Shown here: one piece after another, positions 13,550 to 25,783 of the stretch | Position numbering within the stretch: position 1 is the first letter of the stretch | Layout: each line of letters begins with the position of its first letter | Origin: Paecilomyces variotii | Lineage: Eukaryota | Reading direction: 5' to 3' (one strand) | DNA length: 53,011 nucleotides | Assembly: GCA_004022145.1 (NCBI GenBank) | Contig: RCNU01000031.1 | Notes under the pieces: generated by a model | The model's input: only the letters and a program-made list of their open reading frames with translations | Databases searched by the model: none | Told to the model about the DNA's origin: nothing | Translations under genes and position numbers: made by a program

Positions 13550-16150
13550 GAAACAATTACTAAAGTTTAATATAAGTATTTATATAATTATAAGCAAGAT
13601 CTATAATCTTATAAAGAAGGCAATTACTATAATAAAAGATAGACTAGAAAAGATTAAATTTATAGTAGAAATAGCAGTTATTATTATAAAGTTTTAAATT
13701 AAATAAGATAAGGCTATAATAGATTATTATAAGTTTTTATTATAATAAAAGCTTCTAAAAAAAATATAAATAAAAGAAGAAAAAGTAATTAGAGAACTAA
13801 AAAAATTAGTAAAAAGAGTAAGAGAAAATAGGAACTATATAAATAAAGAGTATTTGTTAATAGTAATAGTATAGAGAAAGTAAATAGTTAGCTAATTAAT
13901 AATATTAGCCAGGAAATCCTATTAAACCTTAATAATATTAAAAAAGATTATAAAATAAACTAAAGAATAGAGAGCAATAGCTATTTACTTAATATAAGCT
14001 TAAGTAAACAGATTATTAAATATTGAAAAGCTTAGTATATAACTAAATAAAAGCCTACTATTAATAGATATAAAAAGGACAAAAAATTTATTAAAAAGAA
14101 TAATAAACAGGAGTAAATAGTTTCTATTTAAAATAATAAAAGCAAAGCTTTAATTAATTAACATATAGATTGGGGAAGACTTCTTTTTAAAGGAGATTCT
14201 AGAATATAAAGTAGAAAAAACAATTAAAGACCTAAGAGAGAGTTTATTAATTAATCTTACTATTAGTAATAAGGAAAGTAATAAGATAAAAGAAAAAAAA
14301 AGGATAAAAAGAGAATAAAGAGCCCTAAGAAGCCTAAAGGTAAGAAAAAGATTAAAATATAAGAAAAAGGGAAATAGGCTAAGGAAAGTTATAGATATAG
14401 GACTAAAATAATAAAATTATTTAAAAGAGCTCTCCTTAATTAGGAAGATAAAGAAGTTATAAATAGCTTTTAATAAAGAGGAACTAAAATTAATAAATTC
14501 TATTATAAATATATTAATAAGATTTAAGTAATATTAAGCATATATATATAATAAAAGAAAAATTATTAGAGAAAAGATTAAAAATACTTATTAAAAATAA
14601 TAAAAATCTCTATAACTTAGTAATATATAATAAATATTAGAGGTAGTTAGTTCTAATATAGCTATTGTCTAGATTTATTTTTTAAGAACTATAATTATAG
14701 TAATAAAAAAATCATTAGAATAAAATTAAATTAGCGGCCAATAAATGTTAGAAAAAGATATAGAGGAGATATTATATTAATTAATATTAAAGAGGCTTTA
14801 GAAGATCTGTAACCTCTATATATGCCTTTTAATAGGTATAATAGGAGTAAAAAAAGAGATACCGGTCAGAAATACTCGAGAGATATTAAAGGCAATAAAT
14901 AAGATAATACTAATAATAGTAAGAAAATAGCTAAAGACTCTATTTAAAAGCATATATTACTTATTAAGTATATATTATTAGAAGAGTAGCCGCATTACTC
15001 TTCTAATAATACTAAATCTAGATAAATACCTCTAGTAATTCAGTTTAAAGAACTAGAAGACAAAAAAAATTCTAGCTATACCTTACCTAATTTTATAAAA
15101 ACTAAAGAAGCCGCTAATAATATAAAAATAAAGGAGCCCTCTATTAATATAAACCCTTAAAATAATAATAAATAAGTTAAAAAGCCTTTTAGTAAGATTA
15201 ATAGTAGTATAATTAAAGAAGCCACAGAATTTCTTATAGGGGGAAAAGAATATCTAATCTTTTACCTAAAGCTTACTATAGACTTCTATCTAAGACCTAA
15301 ATATTTTATTTAGTTATATCTATAAAAAAGATATATAGCGCTTAGATTAGCCTTTAATAAAAACCTTATATAATAGGAGCTTATAGGATAATTCTATTCT
15401 TCTATATTTTAAAATAAAGAAGGATTTAATTTATAATATCCTGCGCAGGAAATAAAGATTATACTATATTATAAGAAAAAAATAAATAATAAGGCTATAG
15501 AGGTAAAGAATATATCCTAAAATATTTTATAGAAGATTATTAGATAAGATATAATATATTACCTTATTTAGCTGGCTTTTTTTAGAGAAAAAAAATTATT
15601 ATTTATAAGTTTATTATAAAAGAGAGTATATAGAAGAAAATAAAAAAAATAAAATTATAATCCTAAGAGATATATAAAAATAAAGCCTTATATCTCTGCA
15701 TAATAAAGCTATTATAGGAAAGCCTTTTAAAGGGAGTAATATTACTTTAAAATATAAATAGATATTAATATCTAATAACCAGAGAATAATAATATTAAAG
15801 GGGAGAAGCTCTAATATAGTCGCCATTTATTCCTTTAATTATAAAGAAGTTAGCGAGATATATAAAGACCAGGGAGAAAAAGGCCTGTTTAATCTTTTTA
15901 TCTATAGGGTAACTGCTATTAGGAAGGCTCTTTTTAGGCAGGCTTTATAGGACTCCGCAGAGATATAGGTAAAGTTATATTTTATTCTTACTTAAGATAA
16001 ATAATCTATTAAACTTTTCTTGCAGGATTAATAATAATAGCTTATAAACCTAATAATCACTAGATATAAAATATATAAAATATTAGAACATTCTTATTTT
16101 AAGAGGAACTTATAGTATAAATAGAAGGGGATTAAATAAATTATAGTATT
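13550..16150 (+). pseudogene. Additional ORF of unknown function inside Gypsy B, between integrase and PPT
   Basis: The plus strand is purine-rich, with a K/E-rich tract at ~14270-14400 and a stop-poor frame over ~14760-15310, e.g. KEATEFLIGGKEYLIFYLKLTIDFYLRPKYFI at 15215-15310. Start, end and frame continuity are uncertain. Confidence 0.6.
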
Positions 16151-16196
16151 AAAGAGAAGCAGATAAGGACATCTATATATAAAGGAGGAGAAACTA

Positions 16197-16519
16197 TATA
16201 ATAGGGAGAATTAGTTAGGAGAATATAATTAGCTAAAACAGTCATATATTATTATTAGAAGAGGTAGTTTAAATATTTCTAATAAGGCAGTAAGAGGGAG
16301 AGACAGATAAATAAAAATAAAATAAGAAATTTCCCCCTTTTAACTATTATCTAGCATTAATTTAATATAAAAAAATAATTAATTTATTATATTATCTTGT
16401 TATTAGAGCTTCTCCTTTAGTTTTACTTTAAACTCCAAAGATAAGCGCTTCCCTCCCTCTTCTCTATATTCTCATACTTAAAGACTCTATACTGAGTCTT
16501 AATACCTTATCCTACAATA
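16197..16519 (+). repeat. 3' LTR of Gypsy B
   Basis: Direct repeat of 6624-6946, preceded by the PPT. Confidence 0.92.
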
Positions 16520-16941
16520 ATAGTATTAAGGGAAAGCTAATTTATTTAGATTTAAATTATTCTATAATAATAATTAATAAATTATTTCTTAAGTAAGTTA
16601 TACTGCAAGTAAAAATCTATTATATACCTAAAATAAATATTAATAGGATAAGACCTATAATATATCTTATTAGCCTATATTTAGCTTATCTTAAATTATT
16701 TAGCTATTTATTATTCTGAGCTAATAATGCTTTAGCTTAAAATTAAAGCCTATTTAGTTAATTATTTTAAAGCAAATCTTTTATTTAAAGTTAATATAAT
16801 AAGTTACTATAATATATTAATATACCTTATTACTTTAATCTATACTGCTATTAAAAATATCTATATTCTACTAAAGATTATTATAAAGCTAAATTATAGT
16901 TTACTATAACTAGTTTATTTAATATATAGAATAATAGTGCT

Positions 16942-17604
16942 ATAATATAGTTTAGCCTATAGATATTTATAATTACCCTACTCTTGCAAATTATTTTATT
17001 ATTATATTAAAGAATAAATATAGAATATTTGCTTAGTATATATATAGTAGTATATTTTATTCTTCTTTATTAATACAGCTTATTAAAGGTTTAATTAATA
17101 ACTTTATAATCTTTAGGGCTAAGAGAGTAAATCTTAGTATAATCTAATTATAATATTATTAGCATAATTAATATAATTATTCTCTAATAAAGCTAAGAGA
17201 CTAGTTATTTAGGGTAATAATCTAAGCATTAAAAGAAAACTTAATATTAGTATTATTATTTATAGGCCCCTAGATATTGCTAATAAGCTTAAGAAGGTAA
17301 TTAAAGCTTATAATATTTTGTTAAACTATATATTTACTAATATTCCTCTAGATTAATAAATAATAATCCTATTAAAGGAAGGTTAAGAATTAAATATTCT
17401 TAAGTATACTAAGATTTACTCTCTTAGCCCTAAAGATTATAAAGTTATTAATTAAACCTTTAATAAGCTGTATTAATAAAGAAGAATAAAATATACTACT
17501 ATATATATACTGAGCGAATATTCTATATTTATTATTTAATATAATAATAAAATAGTTTATAAGAGTAAGGTAATTATAAATATCTATAGGCTAAACTATA
17601 TTAT
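16942..17604. repeat. Inverted duplication, ~200-bp arms (16942-17141 / 17405-17604) with ~263-bp spacer
   Basis: The arms are near-perfect reverse complements (e.g. AATCTTTAGGGCTAAGAGAGTAAATCTTAGTAT vs ATACTAAGATTTACTCTCTTAGCCCTAAAGATT). The left arm is absent from the paralog at ~47030-47255. Confidence 0.9.
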
Positions 17605-17806
17605 TAAACTTAATGCTTATCCCCTTTTATTATTATAAGAGGATATTATTATATTTATAATAGGAAAATATATTATTTTAGTATTTAATGCAGTATCCTT
17701 CTAATATTAATAGCATATCTAATATAACTATAGGAACCGCTTATTTATTATATTATATAGAGAATAGGAGATCTTTAATATTATTATTATAGGCTTTTAT
17801 AATATA

Positions 17807-18243
17807 ATATAATTCTCTACTAACTAGATTACCCGCCTAAGCGGATCAGTAGCATATAATATACAGAATAATGTCTTTTAAAACTAAGATTTCTTAACAA
17901 CTATAAGTCTAGTGCATATAATACTTAATATATTGCTTTTTATAATAGTAAACTTTTATATACTAAGATTTTAGGCTCTAAAAATCGCTTATTATTCAAG
18001 TAATATAAATTACTATTATAATTTTTATAATTATATTCTACCTAAGATATTTAGAGAATAGCAAGACTTAAGCAGATAAAATTAGACATATATAATCTTA
18101 ATAATATATATTCTATATATATCTGTTCTAATAACCTTTAAATACTTAGTTATTGAGATATTTTAGTTTAAAAAAGGGCTATTTTATATATAATACGGCA
18201 CTAATCTGCTTGGGCGGGTAATTTAATTAGTAGAGAATTATGT
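17807..18243. mobile_element. MITE (ACGT-ended family), 437 bp, inside RT of Gypsy A1
   Basis: TA|ATATAATTCTCTAC...GTAGAGAATTATGT|TA (RIP-altered ACGT ends). Empty site near 47930. Collinear over its full length with 49655-50090. Confidence 0.92.
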
Positions 18244-18714
18244 TATTAGCATATATTTAGTAATAAATAAATTACTACCTATATGCCTTTTATAAATTTA
18301 TAAGAATATATATTAATAATGCTATAATTGCCTTTAATATAGTTAATAATTATTATATATACCTATATAAGGTCTTTAAGAAAATATAAGAACTTAATAT
18401 TAGGCTTAATCTTAAGAAGTCTTTTATAGGATTTTTTTATACAGCTATTAGATTACTATATTAATTTATTAAGAATAAATATTATTAATAAAAAGGTAAA
18501 GGCTATAATTAATATTTTATTTCCTTTTATAGCCTAGGCCTTAGAGTTATATCTTAACTCAATAAGATAGTTTAAGCAATATATCTCTTAATATATTAAG
18601 ATTATATAGCTATTATAAGATTAAAAAATAATATTCTTTAATAAAGCCTTTATAAAAGATAAGATATAGTAGACGTTTTATAAAGAATATAATTTTAGCT
18701 ATATTTTTATAAGC

Positions 18715-19607
18715 TAAGTAATATAGATATAGAGCATATAATACTACCTTGGCGCTGCCTGCCAGCCGCCTGCTACCTTAATAAAGCATAGAGATGCGAG
18801 ATGCAGAAGCCTTAGGCAATAACTTAGCTATATAATTACTTCCTTATATAGCTAATAGAAGGATAACTTCTTTATCCCCTATATTATATTAATTTAGTAG
18901 TATATTAAGGTTATTTAGGGCCTAATTATTATTAGAAGTATCCTAAAAATTATTATAGTAATCTGCTATATTATTTAATTATTATTATCTTAAGCTAGCT
19001 CTTAACGCTAGCAGGTTATCTATAGTCTCTTTTCTATTATATATTAAGTTATCTGTTATTATTAGAAGTCTTTATATTACTTATTTTATATATTTCCTTT
19101 TATTAAAATTTATCTTAATATTATTAAGTTCTGCTTCTGTTAGTCTTAATTTAATATCTTTTATTAAATTATTTATATTAAGCTATCTCCTTATATATTC
19201 TATATCTAGGGATACTATAGCTTAGCTAGGAATATTTATATTTAAAGCCCTACTTTTATTATTAGAATCCTATATTATATTATTAGTTTTATTATTTTTA
19301 TTATTAGTTTTATTATTTTTATCTCTAGTATTATTATAATTTAGCTTTAATCTCCCTTATTAGGTATTTTATCTAAAAAAGCTAAGATTAAGCCTTTATA
19401 ATAAGCTAGCCTTTAGAGGAGATAAATTAGAGTTAATATCTCTTTATATTATCTAGAGAGATATTAGAGCTTATATATAGTCTAATAACTTTTTAAATAA
19501 TAACTTTTTAATTTAAGGATTAGCTTAACTATAAGACTATTAATCTTATTAATTTTATCTTATCCTATTACCTAGGATATAATTTCTTAAAGTATATTTT
19601 ATTAGCC
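18715..19607 (+). mobile_element. Gypsy family A, copy A2 (5' LTR 18715-18891 plus 0.7 kb of interior)
   Basis: LTR homologous to 2968-3132 with an extra GCCAGCCGCC-type duplication. The interior matches 3133-3830 and is cut by the next LTR. Confidence 0.87.
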
Positions 19608-21934
19608 TATTAACATAGACACAGGGCATATAATGCTACCTTAGTGCTGCCTGCTACCTTAGTGAGGCACAGAGGTTTAAGGTATAGAAGCCTTAAGCAA
19701 TAACTTAGCTATATAGTTACTTCTTTATATAGCTAATAAAAGATAACTTCTTTATCCCCTATATTATATTAATTTGGTAGTATATCTAGATTATCTAAAG
19801 CCTAATTATTATTAAGAGTATTCTAAAAACTATTATAGTAATCTGCTGTACTATTTTTATTATCTTAAGCTAGCTCTTAATACTAGCGGGTTATCTATAG
19901 TCTCTTTCCCTATTATATATTTAGTTATCTTCTATTATTAGAAGTCTTTATATTACTTATTTTATATATCCCCTTTTATTAAGATTTATCTTAATATTAT
20001 TAAGTTCTGCCTTTATTAGTCCTAATTTAATATCTTTTATTAAATTATCTATATTAAGCTATCTTCTTATATATCTTACGCCTAGGGATACTATAAGTTA
20101 GCTATAAATATTTATATCTAAAGCCCTACTTTTTTATTAGAATCCTGTATTATATTATTAGTTTTATTATTTTTATCTCTAGTATTATTATAATTTAGCT
20201 TTAATCTTCCCTATTAGATATTTTGCTTAAAAAAGCTAAGGTTAAGCCTTTATAATAAGCTAGCCTTTAGAGGAGATAGATTAGAGCTAATATCTCCCTA
20301 TATTATTTAAAGAGATATTAGAGCTTATATATAGTCTAGCAGTATTTTAAATAGTAATTTCCTAATTTAAGGATTAGTTTAACTATAAAATTATTAATCT
20401 TATTAATTTTATCTTATTCTATTACCTAGGATATAACTTCTTAAAGTATATTTTATTAGTCTATATTAAAATATTTTAGATTAAGCTATAGATATCTCCT
20501 CCTTAAATAAGATAATTTATATTTTTTATATTATAGGCAATAGATTAATTTTAACACTCTATAATATTATTAAAGACTTTCTTAAATTTGCCTTAATATT
20601 AATAAAATATTTTACTTTTTAGAAATAGCAGACTAATATAATAGACCTAGCTAATTTTATAACAGACTTTATATAACTGCTAGATAGACTATATTCTATA
20701 TATTTTTATAATATCTCTATAGCTCTATTATAAGATAAATACTAATAAAAGTAATTTATGTTATAAATTCTAGTTATTTTATCTCCTTACTTAGCCTTAT
20801 TTAATTTAGTCCTTAGATTTTAGAATTCTATTTTCTAAAGCTAAAAAGCTAGATATTAAAAGATCTTATTATTTAACCTACTATATTCTTTCTTAAATCT
20901 ACTACTATATTATTTAGGTAAAGCCTTAATATAGCTAATAGTAAATATTAATAATATAATAAATATTATTAACCTAGCTATACCTTTAATATTACTAGCT
21001 ATTAACTCTAATATTATATTAATAGAGATATTTTAGCAGATAATAGAATCTAATTAGCAGATAATAGAAAATATAAAGGCTATATTAGACTAAAATTACT
21101 AAATAATAGAATATCTTATAAGTTGGAATAATATAGCTTAAAATAATAGCTAATCTAGCTATTAATAATAGTAATACTAACAGTAATAGTATTAATAATA
21201 ATAAGATTAATAATAGTAATTAGTTTAAAACTAAACTCTTAGCTATAATCTTTTAGTAAACCTAAATACTAGATTTATCCTAGGGATATTAATAAGCGCT
21301 ATAATTAATAATATGCTATAGAAGTAAATAAAGCTAAGATATTTTTATCTTAACTTAAATAATAAGGATTATATTAGGATAGGTCCTATTATAATAGTAG
21401 GAAGCTATACTTATTATAGAGATATCTATATTTTTATTAATTAGATCTATAATTTAGCTATAATAAAAGGAGAACCTGTTATATAAAGCTATATCTAAAT
21501 ATTATTATATGACTTAGCCTTATAATAATATATAGCTAAGCTGTTTAACTATAATTATAAGATATTATATATCTATTCTATTAAGATAGGTTAGATTTTA
21601 TAGCTAATAAAATATTTTAAGATTAATACTATAGCTATTATAAAATAGCTTAAGTCCTTATATTATATTATATATGATATTATAGCTGGCTAGACTTTTT
21701 AAGGGTTTATTTAGTAAATATTATATTTATTACATGCTATAAGAATAAGGGAAATATATAATTAACTGTTAGCCGTATAGAATAAGTTTTCTCTATTTTT
21801 TAAGTATAATATATAAGCGCTATAGGAGAATATTATAATATCCGAATTTATTAAAATAGTTAAAAAAGCCTATAGTATAATAAGAGTAAATAAATAAGAA
21901 TTAATATTATTATTAGTAATATAACTATAATAAT
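19608..21934 (+). mobile_element. Gypsy family A, copy A3 (5' LTR 19608-19771 plus gag portion, 3'-truncated)
   Basis: LTR followed by ATTTGGTAGTA, consistent with a RIP-altered TGGTAGCG initiator-Met tRNA PBS as in Ty1/Ty3. The interior matches 3133-5740 minus the MITE; homology ends near 21934. Confidence 0.87.
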
Positions 21935-22492
21935 ACAAGAACTTAGGCTATATTACGCGTGTCTCGTCCTTAAATCTGATTATTTAAGCTATTATAGTAG
22001 TTACATTCAGATTGCTAATATATATAGATTATAAGGCATAAGTTATTAAAAGACAGCTTTAATAGTTAATTAGAATTAACTAAATAATTATTACTGCCTA
22101 TAGTCGCATTATTATAGATATTATAAAAATAATAGAAAAGAGCTATTTATAATACCTTTTTTATATTATACCCCTAGATAAGACAGCTTTTATACTAGGC
22201 TATATATAATAATCTTAGCTATAGACAGCGGCCTTATTCTTTACTGTATATCTTCTAATTATTAATAATATTATTACTATATTATTATTATATTATTATT
22301 ACTATTATCTTTATCTATCTTAAAATTAGACCTATTCTGATATAGATATAGGTTCCTCCTTAGATCTTTTAGGCTTCTTAGGCTTTAGTATAGATATAGA
22401 TTAGGCCTTTAATTTATCTTTAGCTTAAATAAACTTTAAATAAGATATTAACTTAAAATAAAATAATATCTTAGACTTATCTTTAGGATTAT

Positions 22493-22659
22493 TGTTACAG
22501 TGTGGGGGATAAAGAAGTTATCCTTCTATTAGCTATATAGAGAAGTGACTATATAGCTAATCATTGCCTGAGGCTTCTATACCTTATATCTTTATGCCCT
22601 ATTAAGATAGCAGGCAGGCGATGCTAAGATAGTATTATATACCCGTGTTTATATTAGTA
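22493..22659 (-). repeat. 3' LTR of Gypsy A4
   Basis: Direct repeat of 33545-33711; retains the TGTTACAG terminus; adjacent to the PPT. Confidence 0.92.
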
Positions 22660-22844
22660 TGCCCTCTCTAAGAAAAATATTATTATCCTTAATAATAAAG
22701 TATAGAAATATATATATAGATATAGTATAAGATATAATTAGATATTTTTATAGTTTATCTCCTCCTATGTCTAGTTTGTGGGAACTAATATTATTTATAG
22801 AATTGCCTGCGCTTCTATAGTTCAGCTAGTAATTTAAGATATTA

Positions 22845-23000
22845 GTTATACTCTTAGATAAATTCTTAAGTATTAGCTAAGTCCTTAAAATAATATTATA
22901 TATTATAATAAATACTGTATCCCTTCTAATAGACTAGATATTTAATAATAGTCTTACCTTAGACTTGCCAGATATAATAATTAAATAGTGTCTTAATCTT
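22845..23000 (-). pseudogene. Chromodomain at the C-terminus of Gypsy A integrase
   Basis: The minus strand reads KYLVY*KGY...*YYFKDLANT*EFI*EY, which reverts to the chromodomain pattern YLVxWKGY...W....L.NA.E.I.EY. Confidence 0.8.
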
Positions 23001-25584
23001 ATAATAACTAATATTAATATTATCTATATTAATATATAATAGCAGAATATTATTGGAGGGTATAAGATATTTAAAGGGATTATTTAATATTATAATATTT
23101 CTAATAAGCTAGGATATCTAGCTAATATATAAGATATCTAATCCTGCGCTTAACTATAAGTAGTTTTATATACTATATTAATAACTTCTTGCTGAGGATA
23201 GCTATATTAGGGATATTATATTTATAATATAACCTTAGCAAGACCTTATTATTAAGGATAAAATAGATTAGCCGGTAATTCTTATTATATATATGTTTAG
23301 CATCTATAATAGCTAAATAAAGTGCTTTATATATATTAAGTTATAAGGTAAAGTCTTAGATTTCCTTATTATAGAGATTTGTAGTATTACCTAGTCTAAT
23401 ATTATATATTAAATTATATAGGGATTTTATTATAATAAATAATAGGCTAGAATTTAATATTAGTTATATTAATAGCAGAACCTTAGGTTAAGCTATAATA
23501 TCTTTTAGAATAGCTAGGTAGTATTACAAGATAATCTCAGCTATCTAATTAGTTTATTTTAATTATCTATTAGTCTGCGGGTAATATACTATTAAATAGA
23601 GCAATTTAGTATCAAGATACTTAAATAGGCCTTTTTATAAATCTAATAGAAACTTTAAATTATAATCTAATAGGATTATTAATAGGATACTCTAATTACT
23701 AATCTGGAGTTATTTAAGTAATGCTAATGCCTAGTCTTTAGCTGTCTATATATCTTATCCTAGTATAAATATAACTTACTTCATAAATTTGTAAGTAATA
23801 GTTAAGATTTAGTTATATAGCCCTATATCTAGCAATCCTATAATAAAGTCTATAATAATTATATAAAAAGGGATATTTAATATAAGAATAGGCTAATAGC
23901 TGCTGTAAGGTATATAATAATATATTTAATTTATTTGGTATAAATAGCAATGCTTAATATATATTTTAACTTGCTTTATAAATCTATAAATTATAAAGTT
24001 ATAAATATTAGTAATTATTTAGTGATACCTAGAGTATCCTATGCTATTATAAGCTATTTTAAGAATATTCTTAAGGACTAATTATAGTACACAGAGATAT
24101 TATATATTATTAGTATTAATTATATAAAGGAGTTTATTGCGAATTATAAAAAAAAGATATATAAAGTTTATATTATCTTATAGTATAGTGAGGATTTTAG
24201 ATTAATAAAGATTAGTTTTATAGCTATCTTTTAATTAGGTCTTAAACTTCTTTAATAACTTAATAAAAGTTATATTATATTATAGCTCGTCCTTAGTATT
24301 ATTAATATATATAGTCCTGAGAAATATAGTAGCTAAATAATATTTAATATCTTCTAATATAGGGGTATTTAGCTTAATAGAGAGTAATTTAAGATATAAC
24401 AGCATATCTATAATAATATTATTATATCCTGGCTTATATGTAAATATAAGGTTAAATCTCTATATATATTGCAATACTAAGATAAGGTATAGGTTAGTCT
24501 AATTTGTAGATATTAATTAGAGAGATATTTATTTAGCAATTGTAATTATAATGCTATAATCTATAAAAATAATCGGCGGCTTCTAACAGGTTTTAATAAT
24601 ATAATATATCTTATATAGTGCCTATACTAAATACGCTATCTCTATTTCTATTAGCCAATATAGATATTGTAAGCTCTAACTACCTTTTTAAGCTTATTAG
24701 CGATATCTAAGGGCCTATAAATGGTAATACCAATATTAAGTTTCCTCTTAAAGCTTAGATTATTGCCTTATATAGCTAGTCCCTTAGCTTTATTAGAGGA
24801 TAATAGTGCTAACTATGCTAGCGGTGCTATAATTAGGTTAATATAGAATATATTAATCTCTTTATACTTATTAACTAGACCTAAGTGTATTTTTTATAGA
24901 ATAGTCTATTCCTTATTTATAGTATTAATTGCCTAAATAAAGATAAAGTTAGTATTTATTAAATAGGCATATAGATTTATTCCTTAATAGTTAGGCTTAA
25001 AGAGATAATTATAATCTTCTGCGAGATATTTTTTAAAGTATATTAAAATATATATAGAACTGTTTAGTAGTACTACTATTTTATATATAGAATAGATTAA
25101 TTATAATAAATTATAATTTAATTTTATAGTAATTATTAGTAGGATATAGATATTCTTAACAGTAGTATAGGCTAAAGTAGTAAGATATATTAATATACTA
25201 TAGCAACTTATTATATTAATTTTAAGCAGAAAGTTTACTTTAAAATAATTAACTAAGTAGGCTTTAATTTTAAGTTAAAGTATTATTAGCTCAAAATAAT
25301 AGATAGCTGGATAATCTAATATAAGTTAGATATAGGCTAATAAGTTATATATTATAGGTTTTATTCTATTAATCTTTATTTTAGATATATAATAGATTTT
25401 TGCTTGTAGTATAACTTATTTAAAGAATATCTTATTAATTATTATTATAGAGCAATCTGAATTTAAGCAGATTAGCTTTGCCTTAATACTGCCAGTAATA
25501 TATACTTTTATTATAGTATAATACTATCTATAAAAGATATATCCTAAAGGAGCTTACTTAACTAGGGATTTAGTAATAATAAGT

Positions 25585-25723
25585 TCTTGGAGCTGACGAA
25601 GATGCTTAATTAAGGAAGCTATCTAGGGGGAAGCTGAACTGATCTATCTGGCCACTACTCTGATGACTAAGCTAACTGCTGGCGCGGGCGACTACTACTG
25701 GAGCCCCTAGGGGCACTGAAACA
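25585..25723 (-). repeat. 3' LTR of Copia
   Basis: Direct repeat of 30427-30565; also homologous to 49550-50131. Confidence 0.92.
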
Positions 25724-25783
25724 CCCCCTTTGACTGCGCTAGCAGACAGCCTGATTGCCTAATCAGGTAATTTATTTAACCCT

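Larger units (their letters stand above)
6624..16519 (+). mobile_element. Ty3/Gypsy retrotransposon B, full-length 9.9 kb, with an extra 3' coding region
   Basis: Two 323-bp LTRs and a TSD (A)ATAG (6619/20-6623; 16519/20-16523), confirmed by the empty site near 46600. PPT AAAGGAGGAGAAA at 16181-16193. Domain order gag-PR-RT-RH-IN. Confidence 0.93.
2968..18714 (+). mobile_element. Ty3/Gypsy chromovirus family A, copy A1 (5' LTR, gag, PR, RT; 3' end missing), hosting two MITEs and Gypsy B
   Basis: 5' LTR 2968-3132 is followed by a PBS relic (ATTTAGTAG). The interior is collinear with the copies at 19608, 22493-33711 (-) and 45547. RT relics: NAYP (from DAYP) near 17611 and YINN (from YIDD) near 18309. 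The sequence resumes exactly after each nested insertion. Confidence 0.85.

Noticed and set aside
15614-15826. Supplied 70-aa minus-strand ORF (hydrophobic, membrane-like)
   Set aside because: It is antisense to the A-rich sense strand of Gypsy B. The I/L/F richness is a compositional artefact of RIPed DNA and there is no gene context.
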